64,000 nt of DNA from positions 20,213,825-20,277,824 of the forward strand of contig JARDVH010000124.1 of NCBI GenBank assembly GCA_030324005.1. Direction: 5' to 3'. Both the position numbers and the translations under genes were made by a program. Shown piece by piece: positions 49,501 to 63,087 of this stretch (position 1 is the stretch's first letter; each line of letters begins with the position of its first letter). This stretch comes from Negaprion brevirostris (Eukaryota). Under the pieces are notes generated by a model, which was given only the letters and a program-made list of their open reading frames with translations, did no database searches and was not told where the DNA came from.

Positions 49501-50679
49501 AAATGCAGCCTGAGAATTTCTGAAAGAGGCCTCCAATCAAAATCTTGGTTCTCCACATTTCAAATGCACAATAGAAAAGTCAAGTTAATCACTGTGTAAT
49601 TCTTTTCTTACAATTCTCTCAAATTACAAACCTTATTTTGAGGACTAAGTTTCTCAACTTTTTAGTTTGTGGAGAAACAAATATAAAAGTGAATTTCTTA
49701 AAAAAATTGAATTACTTCATTAATTTTTTTCCTTCTTCAAAATTAAAAGCATGTTTGCTTACTACTCATTTTGGATTGGTTGTCATATTAATCTTTAGCA
49801 GTTTCTTTTTTAAAACTGAAACTTTACTCAGCTTTTTTACGTCACCTATTCATTCAGTTGTCCTTGGCCACAGTTTTATAACAAGGAATTTAAGCCTGCC
49901 AGGTTCGTGTGTGACACACACAAGCATTACTGAAGAAAACTTGAGTAAACAAACATTTTGCCCATCACACTACAAGAGTCAAACTTTTCAATAATTAAAT
50001 TTTGGATCACACTTGCGCCCAAAAGAACTCTCATTCTTGGTCAAAAGTGCCATTTGTCATTAGACCAATGGAACCAGTTTAAAAACGCAATGATTTGCTT
50101 CAGTTCTTGTAAATATATCTAATGTTCTCATTGTGCCGAAGACCCTTCAACTATCAACTATGGAAAGACCATTCCAGCAGTAGATAAGTAAGTTGAATAG
50201 TTCAAAAATCAATCTTCACACTGGAAATACAAATTCACAACCTGTATTCTTCAGAAAGCTGTTCACGGAAGCTGGCCTCTTTGGTAGTTTGTCCATGAAA
50301 AGATAGTTGAATGTGTTTTGATATTCAATCTTCTTTACTTATATAAATATTTAAGTACCGTACAGTACAGACTCAACTGGGGGCAGCTAGTTACACAGGT
50401 CCCTCGTGAGACTAAACCTGTGAAAGCCTGCGCTCCCAATGACATCACTCACACATGCTCATATCTGCCAAAGACATCAGTACATACATTCAGATAGATA
50501 GACGTTTACCATAACATTCTATAAAGCCTCCAAAATTGCAATAACTGGAAATGATTAAAATTTTTAAACAGGCCAGACAAAAGAAACAAGTTGACGACTA
50601 AAATGTTATTTTGATCAACTGTCCATTCAGGTACTTTGCAGTAACCGTCAACTCTCTCCACGGACTTAATTTTTCTCCC

Positions 50680-50890
50680 AAAATAAGAACTTGGAGCAAG
50701 AGTAGGCCATCTGGCCCCTCGAGCCATCTCCGCCATTTAATAAGATCATGGCTGATCTTTTTTGTGGCATCAGCTCCATTTACCCACCTGCTCACCATAA
50801 CCCTTAATCCCATTACTGTTCAAAAATGTATCTATCCTTGCCTTAAAAACATTCAATGAGGTAGCCTCAACTGCTTCACTGGGCAGGGAN
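50680..50890 (-). mobile_element. CR1 3' tail running into a gap
   Basis: ataagaacttggagcaagagtaggccatctggcccctcgagcc..gatcatggctgatc. Confidence 0.85.
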
Positions 50891-51114
50891 NNNNNNNNNN
50901 NNNNNNNNNNNNNNNNNNNNNNNNNNNNNNNNNNNNNNNNNNNNNNNNNNNNNNNNNNNNNNNNNNNNNNNNNNNNNNNNNNNNNNNNNTACCCCCAATT
51001 CCATGCCCCCTGACCTTCTGTAAGAACCTCTTGTGCTTCTGGGAATACTGAGGAATGTAGGGGAGTTTGGATTATTGTGGAAACTTTTTTGGGATCATGA
51101 GGCTTTGGAGCATT

Positions 51115-51390
51115 TCCATGGAATCCATACAGTACTAAAGGAGGCCATCTGGCCTGTCAAATCCACACTGACTCTTTGAAACAGCATCTTTCCCAGACTT
51201 ACCAATTGCCCTATCCCTGTAAGCCCTGCACATTTACCCTCGTTAATCCACCTAAACTGCACATCTTTGGACTGTGGAAGGAAACACATGCAGATGCAGG
51301 GAGAACATGCAAACTTCACACAGACAGTGACCCAAGGCTGGAATCGAACGTGGGCCTCTGCCACTATGAGGAAGCAATGTGAGTTGTTGT
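51115..51390 (-). mobile_element. HE1-type V-SINE
   Basis: cctaaactgcacatctttggactgtgg..gagaacatgcaaacttcacacagacagtgaccc..ggaatcgaac. Confidence 0.88.
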
Positions 51391-52009
51391 GCTATCCATC
51401 TGGGTGGCTCTGATCCTGAGAACACAGACAGTGGTCAAGGGGATTTTGAGAACTTGAATGGATCTCTCCCCATCATTACTTACCTAATTTCGAGTCTGCT
51501 TGGGCCTTAATGTTCATTACTTTTAAGAATCAGAAATGAAAATACTCCTGGCCTTTAAGGTACAGCAGGAGCACTGACTGGAACATTTTGGACATAAACT
51601 TATTGTACTTATACTTATTCGCTTTTACTAAAGAGGCTCATATGCTTAAAATAATTTGCATCAACAAAAATGGACCAAAAGAGAATGTTGATTCGATGGA
51701 ATTTACTATGTATGAGATGTGTTTGGAACGTGCAGATTGTGCTGTATTTCAAATTATCCAGTGTGCAAAGTGAGAAAATTGACAGCTTTTTCAACAGCAT
51801 TGAACAGAAATACACAGTTCAAGCTCAGGCTTTTGAGACGTTATGGAAAGAGGAAGAAAAGATTGGGACACACTACAGCTGCAGTCCAGCTTCCCTGCAA
51901 AGGCTCACTTGTGCTTATTTGCTGCATGAAGATCTTGATCAGTGTGGAAATGGTTGACGCGTGCCCAGTGTTGGCATGACAGGTTGAAGCTGGGTGGCTG
52001 GGCTGTGGT

Positions 52010-52350
52010 GTTTTTTTAATTCACTCATGGAACATGGGCATCGCTGGCTGGCCAGCATTTATTGCCCATCTCTATTTGCCCAACAGCACTGCTGTGGCTC
52101 TGAAGTCACATGTAAGCCAGACCAGGTAAGGATGGCAGATTTCCTTCCCTAAAGAACATTAGTGAACCAGATGGGTTTTTCCAACAATCAATGGTTTCAT
52201 GGTCATCAGTAGATTCTTAATTCCAGATGTTTCTTATTGAACTCAAATTCCATCATCTGCCATGGCGGGATTTGAAACCAGGTCCCAGAACATTAGCTGA
52301 GTTTCTGAATTAATAATCTACAATAATACCACTAGGTCGTTGCCTCCCCC
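52010..52350 (-). mobile_element. Full-length SINE (28447-type family)
   Basis: Reverse match to 28446-28812 over the full length (gctggccagcatttattgccc ... accactaggtcgttgcctcccc). Confidence 0.85.
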
Positions 52351-52561
52351 AAAACCACTTCCTCATCTGTGGTGAGGAAATAGTTTTAATGGTGACATTT
52401 GGTTCCATTGCTGCTGCTGTAGGGCCTCTGCAATTATTCCTTGGCACAGTGAGCTTAACCATACAGCCTGGCATAATGGGAGACAAGCAGCAGATGGATT
52501 AATCAAGTCCTTGTGTAGCAGCAGGCTTGGGTTGATGTAAATCTTTTCGAGAACTTTTGAG

Positions 52562-53930
52562 GAATTTTATTTTGAGGCCATGTCCCCTAGTTCTAGTTCC
52601 ACCCGGCAGCGGAAACAACTTCCCTGCTTCTACCCGATCTATTTCCTTTATAATAAAATGGCTCAATAAGGTCTCCCCTCATTCTTCTGAATTCCAATGA
52701 GTATAGCCTCATTCTACTCAGCCTTTCCTCATAAACAAGCCCTCTCAGCTCCAAAATCAACCCAGTGAATCTTCTCTGCACTCCCTCCAGTGCTGGTATA
52801 TCCTTTCTCAAGTAAGGAAACCAAAACTGTACACATATTCCAGGTGTGGCCTCACCAACACCTTATACAGCTGCAACATAACCTCGTTGTTTTTAAACTC
52901 CATCCCTCTAGCAATGAAGGACAAAATTCTATTTGCCTTCTTAATTACCTGTTGCACCTGCAAACCAAATCCTTGAGATTCCTGCACAAGGAGATCCAGG
53001 TCCCTCTGCACAGCAGTATGCTGCAATTTTTTTACCATTTAAATATTCGTTCATTTTACTGTTATTCCTACCAAAATGGATGACCTCACATTTACCAACA
53101 TTATATTACATCTGTCAGACCCTCGCTTACTCACTTAGATTATCTATATTGCAGACTTTAGATCCTCTGCACACTTTGGTCTGCCACTCATCTTAGTGTC
53201 ATCTGTGAATTTTGACACACTACACTTGGTCCCCAACTCCAAATCATCGATGTAAATCATGAACAATTGTGGTCCCAACACTGATCCCAACCAGAAAAAC
53301 ACCCATTTACCCCGACTCTTTGCTATCTGTTAATCAATCCTCTATCCATGCTAATACATCACCCGTAACACATGCACCTTTATCTTATGTAGCAGTTTTT
53401 GGTGAGGCACCTTGTCAAATGCCTTCTGGAAATCCAGACACACCATATCCACAGGTTCCCCATTTTCCACTGCACGTGTAATGTTCTCAAAGAATTCCAC
53501 CAAATTAGTCAAACATGACCTGCCCTTCATGAACCCATGCTGTGTCTTACCAATGGGACAATTTATATCCAGATGTCTTGCTATTTCTTCCTTGATGATT
53601 GATGTCAGCATTTTCCTTACTACAGAAGTTAAATTAACCGGCCTATAGTTACCTGCCTTTTGTCAACCACCTTTTTTTATACAGTGGCATCACATTTGCT
53701 GTTTTCCAATCTGTGGGAACCACCCCAGAGTGCAGCAAATTTTGATAAATTACCACAAATGCATTTGCTATTTCTCCTGCAATCTCTTTAAGTGCCTTGG
53801 GATGCATTCCATCAGGATCAGGAGACTTGTTGACCTTTAGCTCCATTAACTTGCCCAGTGCTACCCCCTTCATGATAATGATAGTTTCTACGTTCTCACC
53901 TGCCTTCGCCTTCCTTATATTCAACTTCTC
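52562..53930 (-). mobile_element. CR1 ORF2 fragment (RT to C-terminus)
   Basis: KSPDPDGMHPKALKE, DWKTANV, QHGFMKGRSCLTNLVEFFE..LDFQKAFDKVPH, VRPHLEY, RRMRGDLIE. Confidence 0.93.
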
Positions 53931-55446
53931 ACTCAACCCTCCTCCTTATTTCCTATTTAACCACAACCACCACACAGCCCAACCAAGGCATCACAGAGAC
54001 ACCTTTAAGATCACCCACCAAGACAGGGCAGTCCTGAAAAATGGACCATTATGGTTCTTTGCTATTAAGGCAGGCCAGTGGAATCTTTTCCCACTCTGAC
54101 TTTAATTTGAAAGAGTAAATATGCACAAATCATCACAAAACATTCCAAGTCTCTATTTTTTGAGTTTTTGAGAAAATATCAGTTTGCTAACTTCCTGTGC
54201 AATATATTTAAATATATTTGATCAAACATCAGATTACTGATCAGATGAAAATGAAGAATGAACAGCTCAGTAAAATCTAATTTATAACAATGCCACAATA
54301 ATTATTTTTACATAAGCTACATTTAAAGTAACTGCTTTAACCCATTTTAATCCAAAGATCAGTACCATTTGGATTCAGCACATTATTCCAGTTTCTCTGT
54401 CATAAAATTGACATCAAAATCAATTCTATATCGAAGTTTTAATCCATATAAAAGGCTACCATTTCTTTGTCTTTATCTGGGAATTCAGAAGTGAATAGAT
54501 CTTTGTAAGATTATTGAGTTCATTTTTTTTTGAAAAAAGAGTATTGGAACTGACTCAGAAATTCATGAGGTTGGTACTCAAAGAATCTATACTCATATTG
54601 TGTGCCGAAAAACTAGGACATCTTACTAGAAATATCTAAGTGTCAGAACAACTGTTCATGCGCCTTTAAACAGAAATATAATTATGACTTTCCAAACTTA
54701 ATATTAAAATGATTAAAGTAATTAAAAAGTTTTGTACAGCACAATTAAACTTCATAGAATTTATTAGTTGTGCAGCAGTAATTAACCTTTGAGAATCATG
54801 ATAGCATACAATAAATGTCACCTCCTTTCTGAAGGCAGAGAAGTTACTTTAATTGTGCTAATAATAAATGGTCAAAAAAATCCGAGCATATATTACATAT
54901 TCATATTGTACAAGAATTCGAGATCATCAGCGTTCCACCTTGATTCTAACAAAATGCCTCAAGCTAAAATCATTAAAGTTTAATGGGTCCACTTTCATTC
55001 TATTCCTAAATGTATTTAAACTAATGGGAAAAACCATGTGCTCCAAAATGTTGTGTGTTCAGAGGAATGGACAGGTGGGCAAATAAAATGAAGTGTGCAA
55101 TATTTTAAATAAAAAGTTACTTTCCTGAATGCAGCAAAGTTGCTGGCCGGTTTTGCAACAAATTGCTTGCCTACTACTCAACTGAAAAATATTTCAAACT
55201 AAACTAAAATCAATTCATAAGTTAACAAGTAATAAACTAGCCAAATGCTAAATTTTATTTCAAAAAAGCTTAAACATGTAAACTTTCATAAGCTTCCCAA
55301 AGTTCCTAAATATCACTGTAAGACACATAAAAATAGATTCGCTACTTCAACTCCATTCAGATGTCCACCACAATTTCACCATATATATTTCAAATCAAAT
55401 GCTGTAACAAAAATAAATTGAATGGATGCTTGACTGTTCCACTTAC

Positions 55447-55630
55447 CAAGTACGACTATTTACTGTGTACTTGTAGAGATCATCCACCAAGCCATACTTA
55501 TTGTTTGTAAATGCTTTGTATCCTCCATGCACATAAATCGATTTCGTCATTGCATTGTAAACACTGCTGTGCCCGTATCCACCCTGGACAATTGCACCTT
55601 TAGTCTCTGTCACCAACCACGTGTTGGTCT
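55447..55630 (-). CDS. ATRNL1: ATRNL1 internal coding exon B (184 bp, phase 1 to 2), kelch repeat; absent from the ORF track
   Basis: Acceptor cttgtccag|AG, donor ACTTG|gtaagt. Encodes (K)TNTWLVTETKGAIVQGGYGHSSVYNAMTKSIYVHGGYKAFTNNKYGLVDDLYKYTVNSRT(W); phases fit both neighbours. Confidence 0.96.
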
Positions 55631-55995
55631 CTGGACAAGAAATAAGACAAGTTTAGAAGTCCATTAAGATTGGCAAATCCTATTTCCTGCTGTTTTCCTA
55701 TCCACAAATAGAAGTAATTTTAAACCTTACCACATAGAACAGAAGTATTTCACTGCAACTAGTGTTTTAAGGCTTAATCCTTTTCAATAAATATGAACAG
55801 AAAGTAAAATCCAAGGGGTTTATCAGAATGATTATGATTGAGAATTCCCTCACCAACCCACTTTATTTCTCTTTGCTCTTGAAATATGTGCCTTAAAATC
55901 TACATCTTGATCAATCTTCTGTTATTGGCCTCATGTTTGTGATTTGGTGTCATTTTTCATTTTATAACAGTCCTGGTAAACACTTGGGTTGTTTT

Positions 55996-56545
55996 AGAGT
56001 CATAGAATCAGAGGTTTATAGCACTGAAANNNNNNNNNNGCACTGAAACAGGCCCTTTGTCCAACTTGCCCATGCCGCCCTTTTTTTAAACCTCTAAGCT
56101 AGTCCCAATTGCCCGCATTTGGCTCATATCCCTCTATACCCATCTTAACCATTAACTGAAGAAACAAATTTTTAAAAGACAAAATTGTACCTTCCTCTAC
56201 TACTACCTCTGGCAGCTTGTTCACGACACTCACCACCTTACGTGAAAAAAATTGCCCCTCTGGAGCCTTTTGTATCTCTCCCCTCTCACCTTAAACCTAG
56301 TTTTAGACTCCACTACCTGTAGGAAAAGATATTGACTATCTGATTATGCCCCCCATTATTTTATAGACCTCTAAGTTCACCCCAAGTCTCATTTACTCCA
56401 AAGAAAGAAGTCCCAGTCTATCCACCTTCTCCTTATAACTCAAACCATCAAGTCCCAGGAGCATCCTAGTAAATCTTTTCTACACTCTTTCTAGTTTAAT
56501 ATCATCCTTTCTATAATCGGGTGACCAGAACGGTGCATATTCCAC
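55996..56545 (-). mobile_element. CR1 3' end of another subfamily, ~370 bp upstream of exon B
   Basis: tagagtcatagaatc tail; ggcagcttgttcacgacactcaccacc; agcatcctagtaaatcttttc. Confidence 0.85.
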
Positions 56546-56569
56546 AGTTTTAAAGACACTATATAAATA

Positions 56570-56934
56570 GAAATGGTTGTTGATTGTGGTACAGGAAGCC
56601 ATTGAGTGGAGGGAGCAAAAAGGAACATAATGATAGCAAGGGACAGTACAATCAGAGGGATTGACACCATTCTCTCCAGCAAATAGTGAGAGCGTGATCT
56701 CACTGATTGCTCATGCCATGCTCCCACCGCAGCGAGGTCAGAGAATTTGGCGCTCAGCCAAATCTCCGTTCACTGCAATGAGATAGTATAAGGACCTAGT
56801 CACCAAATTAAGCAGCAGCACCTCAAAGGTCATAATCTCTAGATTATTATCTGAGCCACATTCAAATTGGCATAGGACAAATCAGATTAAAGATTTGAAC
56901 GCATGGCTCGAAGACTGATGCGGCAGAAGTGAGT
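56570..56934 (+). mobile_element. CR1 ORF1 esterase remnant with a short GC-rich insert (~56690-56782)
   Basis: agggacagtacaatcagagggattgac (GDS-x-IRG-like); aaattaagcagcagcacctcaaaggtcataatctc; ttgaacgcatggctc. Confidence 0.6.
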
Positions 56935-58371
56935 NNNNNNNNNNNNNNNNNNNNNNNNNNNNNNNNNNNNNNNNNNNNNNNNNNNNNNNNNNNNNNNNNN
57001 NNNNNNNNNNNNNNNNNNNNNNNNNNNNNNNNNNAGCAAATGATTTTTTAAAATATTTTAAAAAAAGACAATCTTGGCTTTTCTAGAAAAAAAGTAAAGG
57101 CATAATCCATTAATAGATTATACAGGGAATTTGATTTCCATATGATGTGTGGGGGGGGGGGGGATCTTCTTGTCAGACATGAACAGACTTACTTCTACTG
57201 CCCAGAATTAAAGGAATTTTATACAGTTTTTGATATTTGCTGTAAATTTGTGGCCAGCAACAAAGCATCTGCACTCAGCTAATCTCAATAAAGCTGATAA
57301 CAAGGATTTGCAATGCTTGAGACACAAGTTTTTCTTTTCCAAACAGCAGTCTTGTTCTGGCACCAAATTAACTCAATCTCCAGCAACAGTGTCATCATCA
57401 GGGCAAGTGGCCAATCACACTGATGTATTCTCACAGGCAGAAAGAAACTCAGGAAGGAAAAAACACTAAATGCCTTCATTTGTAATTTACGTTTTATAAA
57501 TGATAAAATAAATGATTAGAGGATTCATGAGATCAAAAGGTAGAATCCAAAATGGCATAAACTCAAAAATCATTATTACAATGAAGGAATGCGCCACTTA
57601 AACATGAAAAAAAAGTCTGATGCAACTACTTAACAGAAGCATTGAACTAAGCATGCTGTTAAAACCCAGGTACAACTCATTCTATTTCCTTCCTCCCTCA
57701 TGCACTTATCCCCACTCTATCCTGGCCAACAGATCACCACAATGTTGGTTGATCACCTCCATATCGACCATCAATTTTTCAGGATTTAATGGGTAGTTGA
57801 TAGCCTTGTGTCCTTGTGCCGCCAATACTCCCCATTTATCCAGGCTGGGGACCAGCACTGATGCATGTTGGCTTGCTCCAACCAGTCCTAGAGTGGGATC
57901 TGGACCCATGCCCTTCCTGCTGAAAGGATGGAAAGCAACCACTGAACTACTCCAGCTAACTCATTCAGCAAAGTGCAAATTTTTCCAAGTTTTTTTTTAC
58001 TGTAAAGACTATATGAATATACATACATCAGCATGGAAAATTTCATCAGCTTAAAAGATTTCTGATTGATTTCAGTCTGGGGGATCTCAACAGCACACTG
58101 CCTTGTAAAGCACAGAATCACTGGCAGCAGCTTATAAATCTCCATACTTCACTGCACAAGTGCTAACTCAAGAAGTTGCTCAGTTCTCCAGAACAATAAT
58201 GACAGTAAACACCGACAATTTGGTCACCATTACGACCACAAAACCTGTAACATTCTGTATTATCTTTTTGTTTAAAGGCTTAAGTTCATTTTAATTTTTG
58301 ATTAGGCTTTTCTGATTAACTGATTTTGCAACACATTTTAAAAATTCAAAACATTTGTGCAAATTACTTAC

Positions 58372-58627
58372 TTATATTGTATTCCTGAACACTGTTTATG
58401 TAACCATAAAGTGCAGAATATCCAAAAATGATGATCATGATTACATCTCCACTGTCCATTTCAATGATGTGTGCCGAATGTCCTTCCACATCATACTGTT
58501 GGCCAGGGGTTAGAACTGTTGGAATTTTTCTAGTCCATGATAGAGTGGGGATGTTGAAGATCCATAGCTCATTTGTGATATTTCCATTGTCAGTATCAAC
58601 TTTTCCTCCATACATGTAAATATCATC
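58372..58627 (-). CDS. ATRNL1: ATRNL1 internal coding exon A (256 bp, phase 0 to 1), kelch repeats
   Basis: Acceptor ttttgcag|GAT, donor ATAA|gtaagt. Encodes DDIYMYGGKVDTDNGNITNELWIFN...VEGHSAHIIEMDSGDVIMIIIFGYSALYGYINSVQEYNI, which matches ATRNL1 rather than ATRN as recalled. Confidence 0.96.
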
Positions 58628-59934
58628 CTGCAAAAGGAAGAAATGTCATTAAGTAAAAGTAGAACAATGACTCTTGTTTATGTGCATCATGTTGCATTTC
58701 TTTTCCTTGAGTGGACAAGTCAAAGTTTTCTTTCTAATCATTGCATTTAACTTCTGCCTTATCTATCATTCACAATAGCCAATCAGTTCAATGAATTAAA
58801 CAATTTAAGAAAAGTTTTAGTTTGCAGGCAGAAGTTCTTAAAATGGAATAAACTATTTAGTTATTAAAAATATTCACCAATTATATGATTCAAAGCTTAT
58901 GACTGACATCAATGGTGAAAATATTCTGTAATGTTACATTTGTCTAAATTTAAGTCAAAATAAAAAAAGGGTAATTGAAATGAAACACTATTTCTCGCTG
59001 TACAAATTCCCCCAAATCCGGGTGCTTCCAGCATTTTGTCCTTCTATTTCAGTTTTACAGTATCTTTCAAACATAGAAAATATAGTTATGAATGTGATTA
59101 AACAGCAATATGCAATATCACAGATGCACACTAGAAATTTATTATTTGTGTCTCAGGCTCTCACTTGGTCCAAATGGGGATATTTTTTAACCAGGAAGTA
59201 ATCGCCCAAATTAGGGGTGCAGTTTTATTTCTGTCTTCCAGCATCTGCAGCATTTTGATTTTAGAGAAAACCCACTTATGGGCTTGATTAAGAGTGAAAT
59301 GCAATATCAGTTCTCACATGAGAAAGTGATTGGGCCTTCAGCCCTCATTGAGCCCAAATGAGGGTATCTTCTGTACGTTGACCAAGAAATAATTATGACA
59401 AATTTCAGACATAACTCAACATCCTATTATTTTTAATACACCTAATTAGAGTGTCAAATGTTACACCAATGTCCTTATGGCCCTTTCAAAGGCTTAACGT
59501 GGCCTAATACTCGCAAGTTTGAAGATAACTTGATTAACCAGTTAATAATGATATCCAAGTAGCTATGACACAAATGTTTTAGACCACATCTCACTTGTTA
59601 ATTAAATCTTAGTAAGCAACATTTGAAATAATTTCAATTATCATCACACAGTTCCTGATACCATTGTACACCATGTAATTAACCACCAAATAATCAAAAA
59701 ATACAGTCAAGAGAACGAATGAAGGTGAAAAAGGACACAAACATCTTCAAGAAATATGTTCAAACTGTATAGTTTAAATTTTCACTTTGTACAGATTTGA
59801 AAATAATTCATAGAATTTTCTGCAGTTCTGGAGGGGTTTTATGTAAAGAATTCAGTAGGCAAGAGTTCAAGGTGATCCACCAACATCACCTCAAATCAAA
59901 TGGCAAAAATGAATGCATACTAGTTACTGTCAAC

Positions 59935-61385
59935 CATAGGATCACAAGACCATAGGGGCATAATTGGGCCGCTGGCCCTTCGAGTCTGCTCTGCCATTCA
60001 ATCATGGTTGATTTTTTTCTTCATAAACNNNNNNNNNNNNNNNNNNNNNNNNNNNNNNNNNNNNNNNNNNNNNNNNNNNNNNNNNNNNNNNNNNNNNNNN
60101 NNNNNNNNNNNNNNNNNNNNNNNNNNNNNNNNNNNNNNNNNNNNNNNNNNNNNNNNNNNNNNNNNNNNNNNNNNGACTGAGGTTGTGCCCTCTGGTTCTA
60201 GTTTTTCCTACTCGTGGAAACACCCTCTCCACGCCCAGACTATCAAGGCTTTGCAGTATCCAGTAAGTTTCAATAAGATCCCCCCTCATTTTTTTAAACT
60301 CCAGTGAGTACAAACCCAGACTCATCAACCGTTCTCATACAACAAGCTCTTCATTCCAGGGATCATTCTTGTGAACCTCCTCTGGACCCTTTCCAAGGCC
60401 AGCATATCCTTCCTTCGGTATGAGTCGAAAACTGCTCACAATACTCCAAATGGGCTCTGACCACAGCCTTATATAGTCTTGGAAGTACATCCCTGCTCTT
60501 GTATTCTCACCCTCTCGACATGAATGCAAACACTGCATGTGCCTTCCTAACTGCCGTTAATCTTAAGACAACCTTGAACAATGACTCCCAAGTTCCTATG
60601 TGTTTCTGATTTCCTAAGCATTTCCCCATTTAGAAAATGGTCTATGCCTCCATTCCTCCTTTCAAAGTGCATAACCTCACACTTTTCATGTTGTATTCCA
60701 TCTGTCAATTCTGCCCACTCTCCTAACTGTCCAAGTCCTTCTGCAGCCCACCTGCTTCCTCAAAATGATACCTGTCCCTCCACATATCTTTGTATCATCT
60801 GCAAACTTAGCAACACTGTCTTCAGTTCCTTCCTTGAAATCATTAGTGCATACTGTGAAAAGTTGTGGTCCCAGCACTGACCCCTGAGACACACCACTGG
60901 TCACCGACTGCCATCCTGAAAAAGACCCATTTATCCCCACTCTCAGCCCTCTGCCAGTCAGCCAATCCTCTATCTATGCCAGAATCTTACCTTTAACACC
61001 ATGAGTTTAATGTATTTAACAGTCTCCTAAGCAGCACCTTGTCAAAAGCCTTCTAGAAAGCTAAATAAATCACATCCACTGGCTTTCCTTTATTTAACTT
61101 TGTTAGCTCTTTAAAAACTCTAACAGATTTGACAGACATGACCTGTCTTTGACAAAGCTGTGCTGACTCAGTCCTGCTATATCATACACTTCCAAGTACT
61201 CTGCGATCTCATCCTTAATAACGAACTCTGAAATCTTGCCAATGACCAAAGTTAGGCTAACTGCCTCTCTCCCTTCTTAAACAGCAGTGTTACATTTCCT
61301 ATTTTCCAGTCCTCTGGTATTCTCCCTGCCTCCAGCGATTCCTGAAAGATCACCACCAGTGCCTTTACAATTTCCTCAGCTGTGT
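59935..61385 (-). mobile_element. CR1 ORF2 3' half
   Basis: VTSGVSQGSVLGPQLF..VAKFADDTKI; LYSLEFKKMRGDLIETY; tail ccataggatcacaagaccatagg. Confidence 0.92.
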
Positions 61386-61537
61386 TTTGGGAATAATGTT
61401 TATAAAAGATTTTGCTTTCAAAGGACCATTTGTATTGTTAACTAATCTCCCAGAACATACTTTTGTCTACACATCCAATGCAAAGTTTTGTCTATTTTTT
61501 ATGCAGGATAGTTAACGTTATTTTTCTTTCCTTGTCA

Positions 61538-61772
61538 GTGCTGCTCCTTCATCAGGTGAGGGGAGAATTGGGTTCATAAAAAAAAAAGCATACACAGTCA
61601 GAGACTCAATTGCAAGACAATGGTTGGACTATGAGTCTCAACAGGTAATCAAATCTTTACAAGTACAGACAATGTAAGTGGAGAGAAGAAGTCACAGATA
61701 GTCACCTTCATAGGTGTGTGAATTGTCAGGAGTGTGTTAATAGGATTTTGCAAGCACCAGGCCAAATGGTGG
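61538..61772 (-). mobile_element. Penelope-like 3' fragment ending in half a hammerhead
   Basis: The minus strand ends ctcac-CTGATGA-aggagcagcac; the body resembles 7340-7490. Confidence 0.65.
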
Positions 61773-61829
61773 GGAGATCCTCTCCTCTTTGGGCCAGCGG
61801 TTTGCTGTGTAAGTGGTAGCCAACTATTT

Positions 61830-63085
61830 ATTAGAGTTCTTTGACAGCTATTAGCCAGAGTAGATAGAGGAGAACCAGTTTATGTTGTATATCTGGAATT
61901 TCAAGATGCATTTGATAAGGTGTCACACAAAAGCCTGCCACACAAGGTAAGGGCTTATGGTGTTAGAGATAATATTCTAACATGGATGGAGGATTGGCCA
62001 ACTAACAGGAAGCAGTGAGTAGCAGCAATAACAGAGTCTTTCTCAGGTTGGAGAGCAATAACCAATGGAATNNNNNNNNNNAATGGAATGCCACAGGGAT
62101 CAGTGCTGGGAACACAGCACTTTGCAATATATAATAATCATTTGGAGGAAGGAACAGAGTGTACTGTGGTCAAATTTGCAGATACAAAGATAGGAGGGAA
62201 GGCAGGTAAATAGGAGGATATAAATAGTTTACAAAGATATGCTGACAGGTTAAGTGAGTCAGCAGAAAACTGGCAAATGGAATTCAATGTGGAAAAATGA
62301 GTCTGGAAGAAAGAATGAGAAAGTGGGTTATGATTTAAATGGAGACTGCAGAAAACCATACAGCAAAGGGACTTGGGGGGGTCCATGTTCATGAAACCCA
62401 GAAAGCTAGATTACAGGTGCAGAAGGTAGTTGGGAAGGCAAATGGAACACTGGCTTTCATTTCAAGTGTATAAAAGTAAAGAGGCGTTGCTGCAACTGTA
62501 AGGTTTTAATGAGGCCACATTTAGAATATGGTGTACAGTTTTAATCCCCTTCTTTCAGAAAGATATGTTATAATTAAAGGCAGTACATAAGAGGCTTACT
62601 AGGATGATCCCAGGTATGGAAGGACTGCCATAGAAGAAAAGACAAACAGATTGCATCTGTATTTCTTGAACTTCAGAAGAATAAGAGATGGCATGATTGA
62701 AACATACAATATTCTTAGGGGGTTAGACAGAATAAAGTTGGGAGGATGTTTCCATTCTTGGAAGACTGTAGGACCAGAGGATATAGCAGCAGAATAAGGG
62801 AGTGCTCATTTAAGCCGGATTTGAGAAAGAATTTCTTCTCCCAAAAAGTGGTGAATCTTTGGAATTCTTTACCCGAGGATACCGTGGAGGCCAAGTCCTT
62901 GAACATTTTCAAGGCTGAGTTCAATAGGTTATTAATCAGATGGGGAAGTAAGGGTTATAGAGATAAGCCAGGAAGTGTTGAATGTGAGCAGAGAGTGTTG
63001 GATAAGCCATGTTCTTATTAAATGGCAGAGCAGGTTCATAAGGCAGACTGGCCTAATCCTGCTCTTATTTCTTATAGTCTTATGG
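61830..63085 (+). mobile_element. CR1 ORF2 3' half, older
   Basis: VVYLEFQDAFDKVSH, GMPQGSVLG, KFAD, RPHLEY, LRKNFFSQKVVNLWNSLP; tail cttatttcttatagtcttatg. Confidence 0.9.
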
Positions 63086-63087
63086 AC

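Noticed and set aside
56040-56069. Short direct repeats around 10-N gaps (also ~2308-2331 and ~62064-62089)
   Set aside because: Scaffolding artefacts, not TSDs.
3484-58627. Assignment to the paralogue ATRN
   Set aside because: Segments such as TILKESGFARYLHSAV, SLSNGAKCFSADFLAYDI and RENYDNAKLYCYNLSGNLASLTTSKEVEF fit ATRNL1 as recalled; reciprocal BLASTP would confirm.
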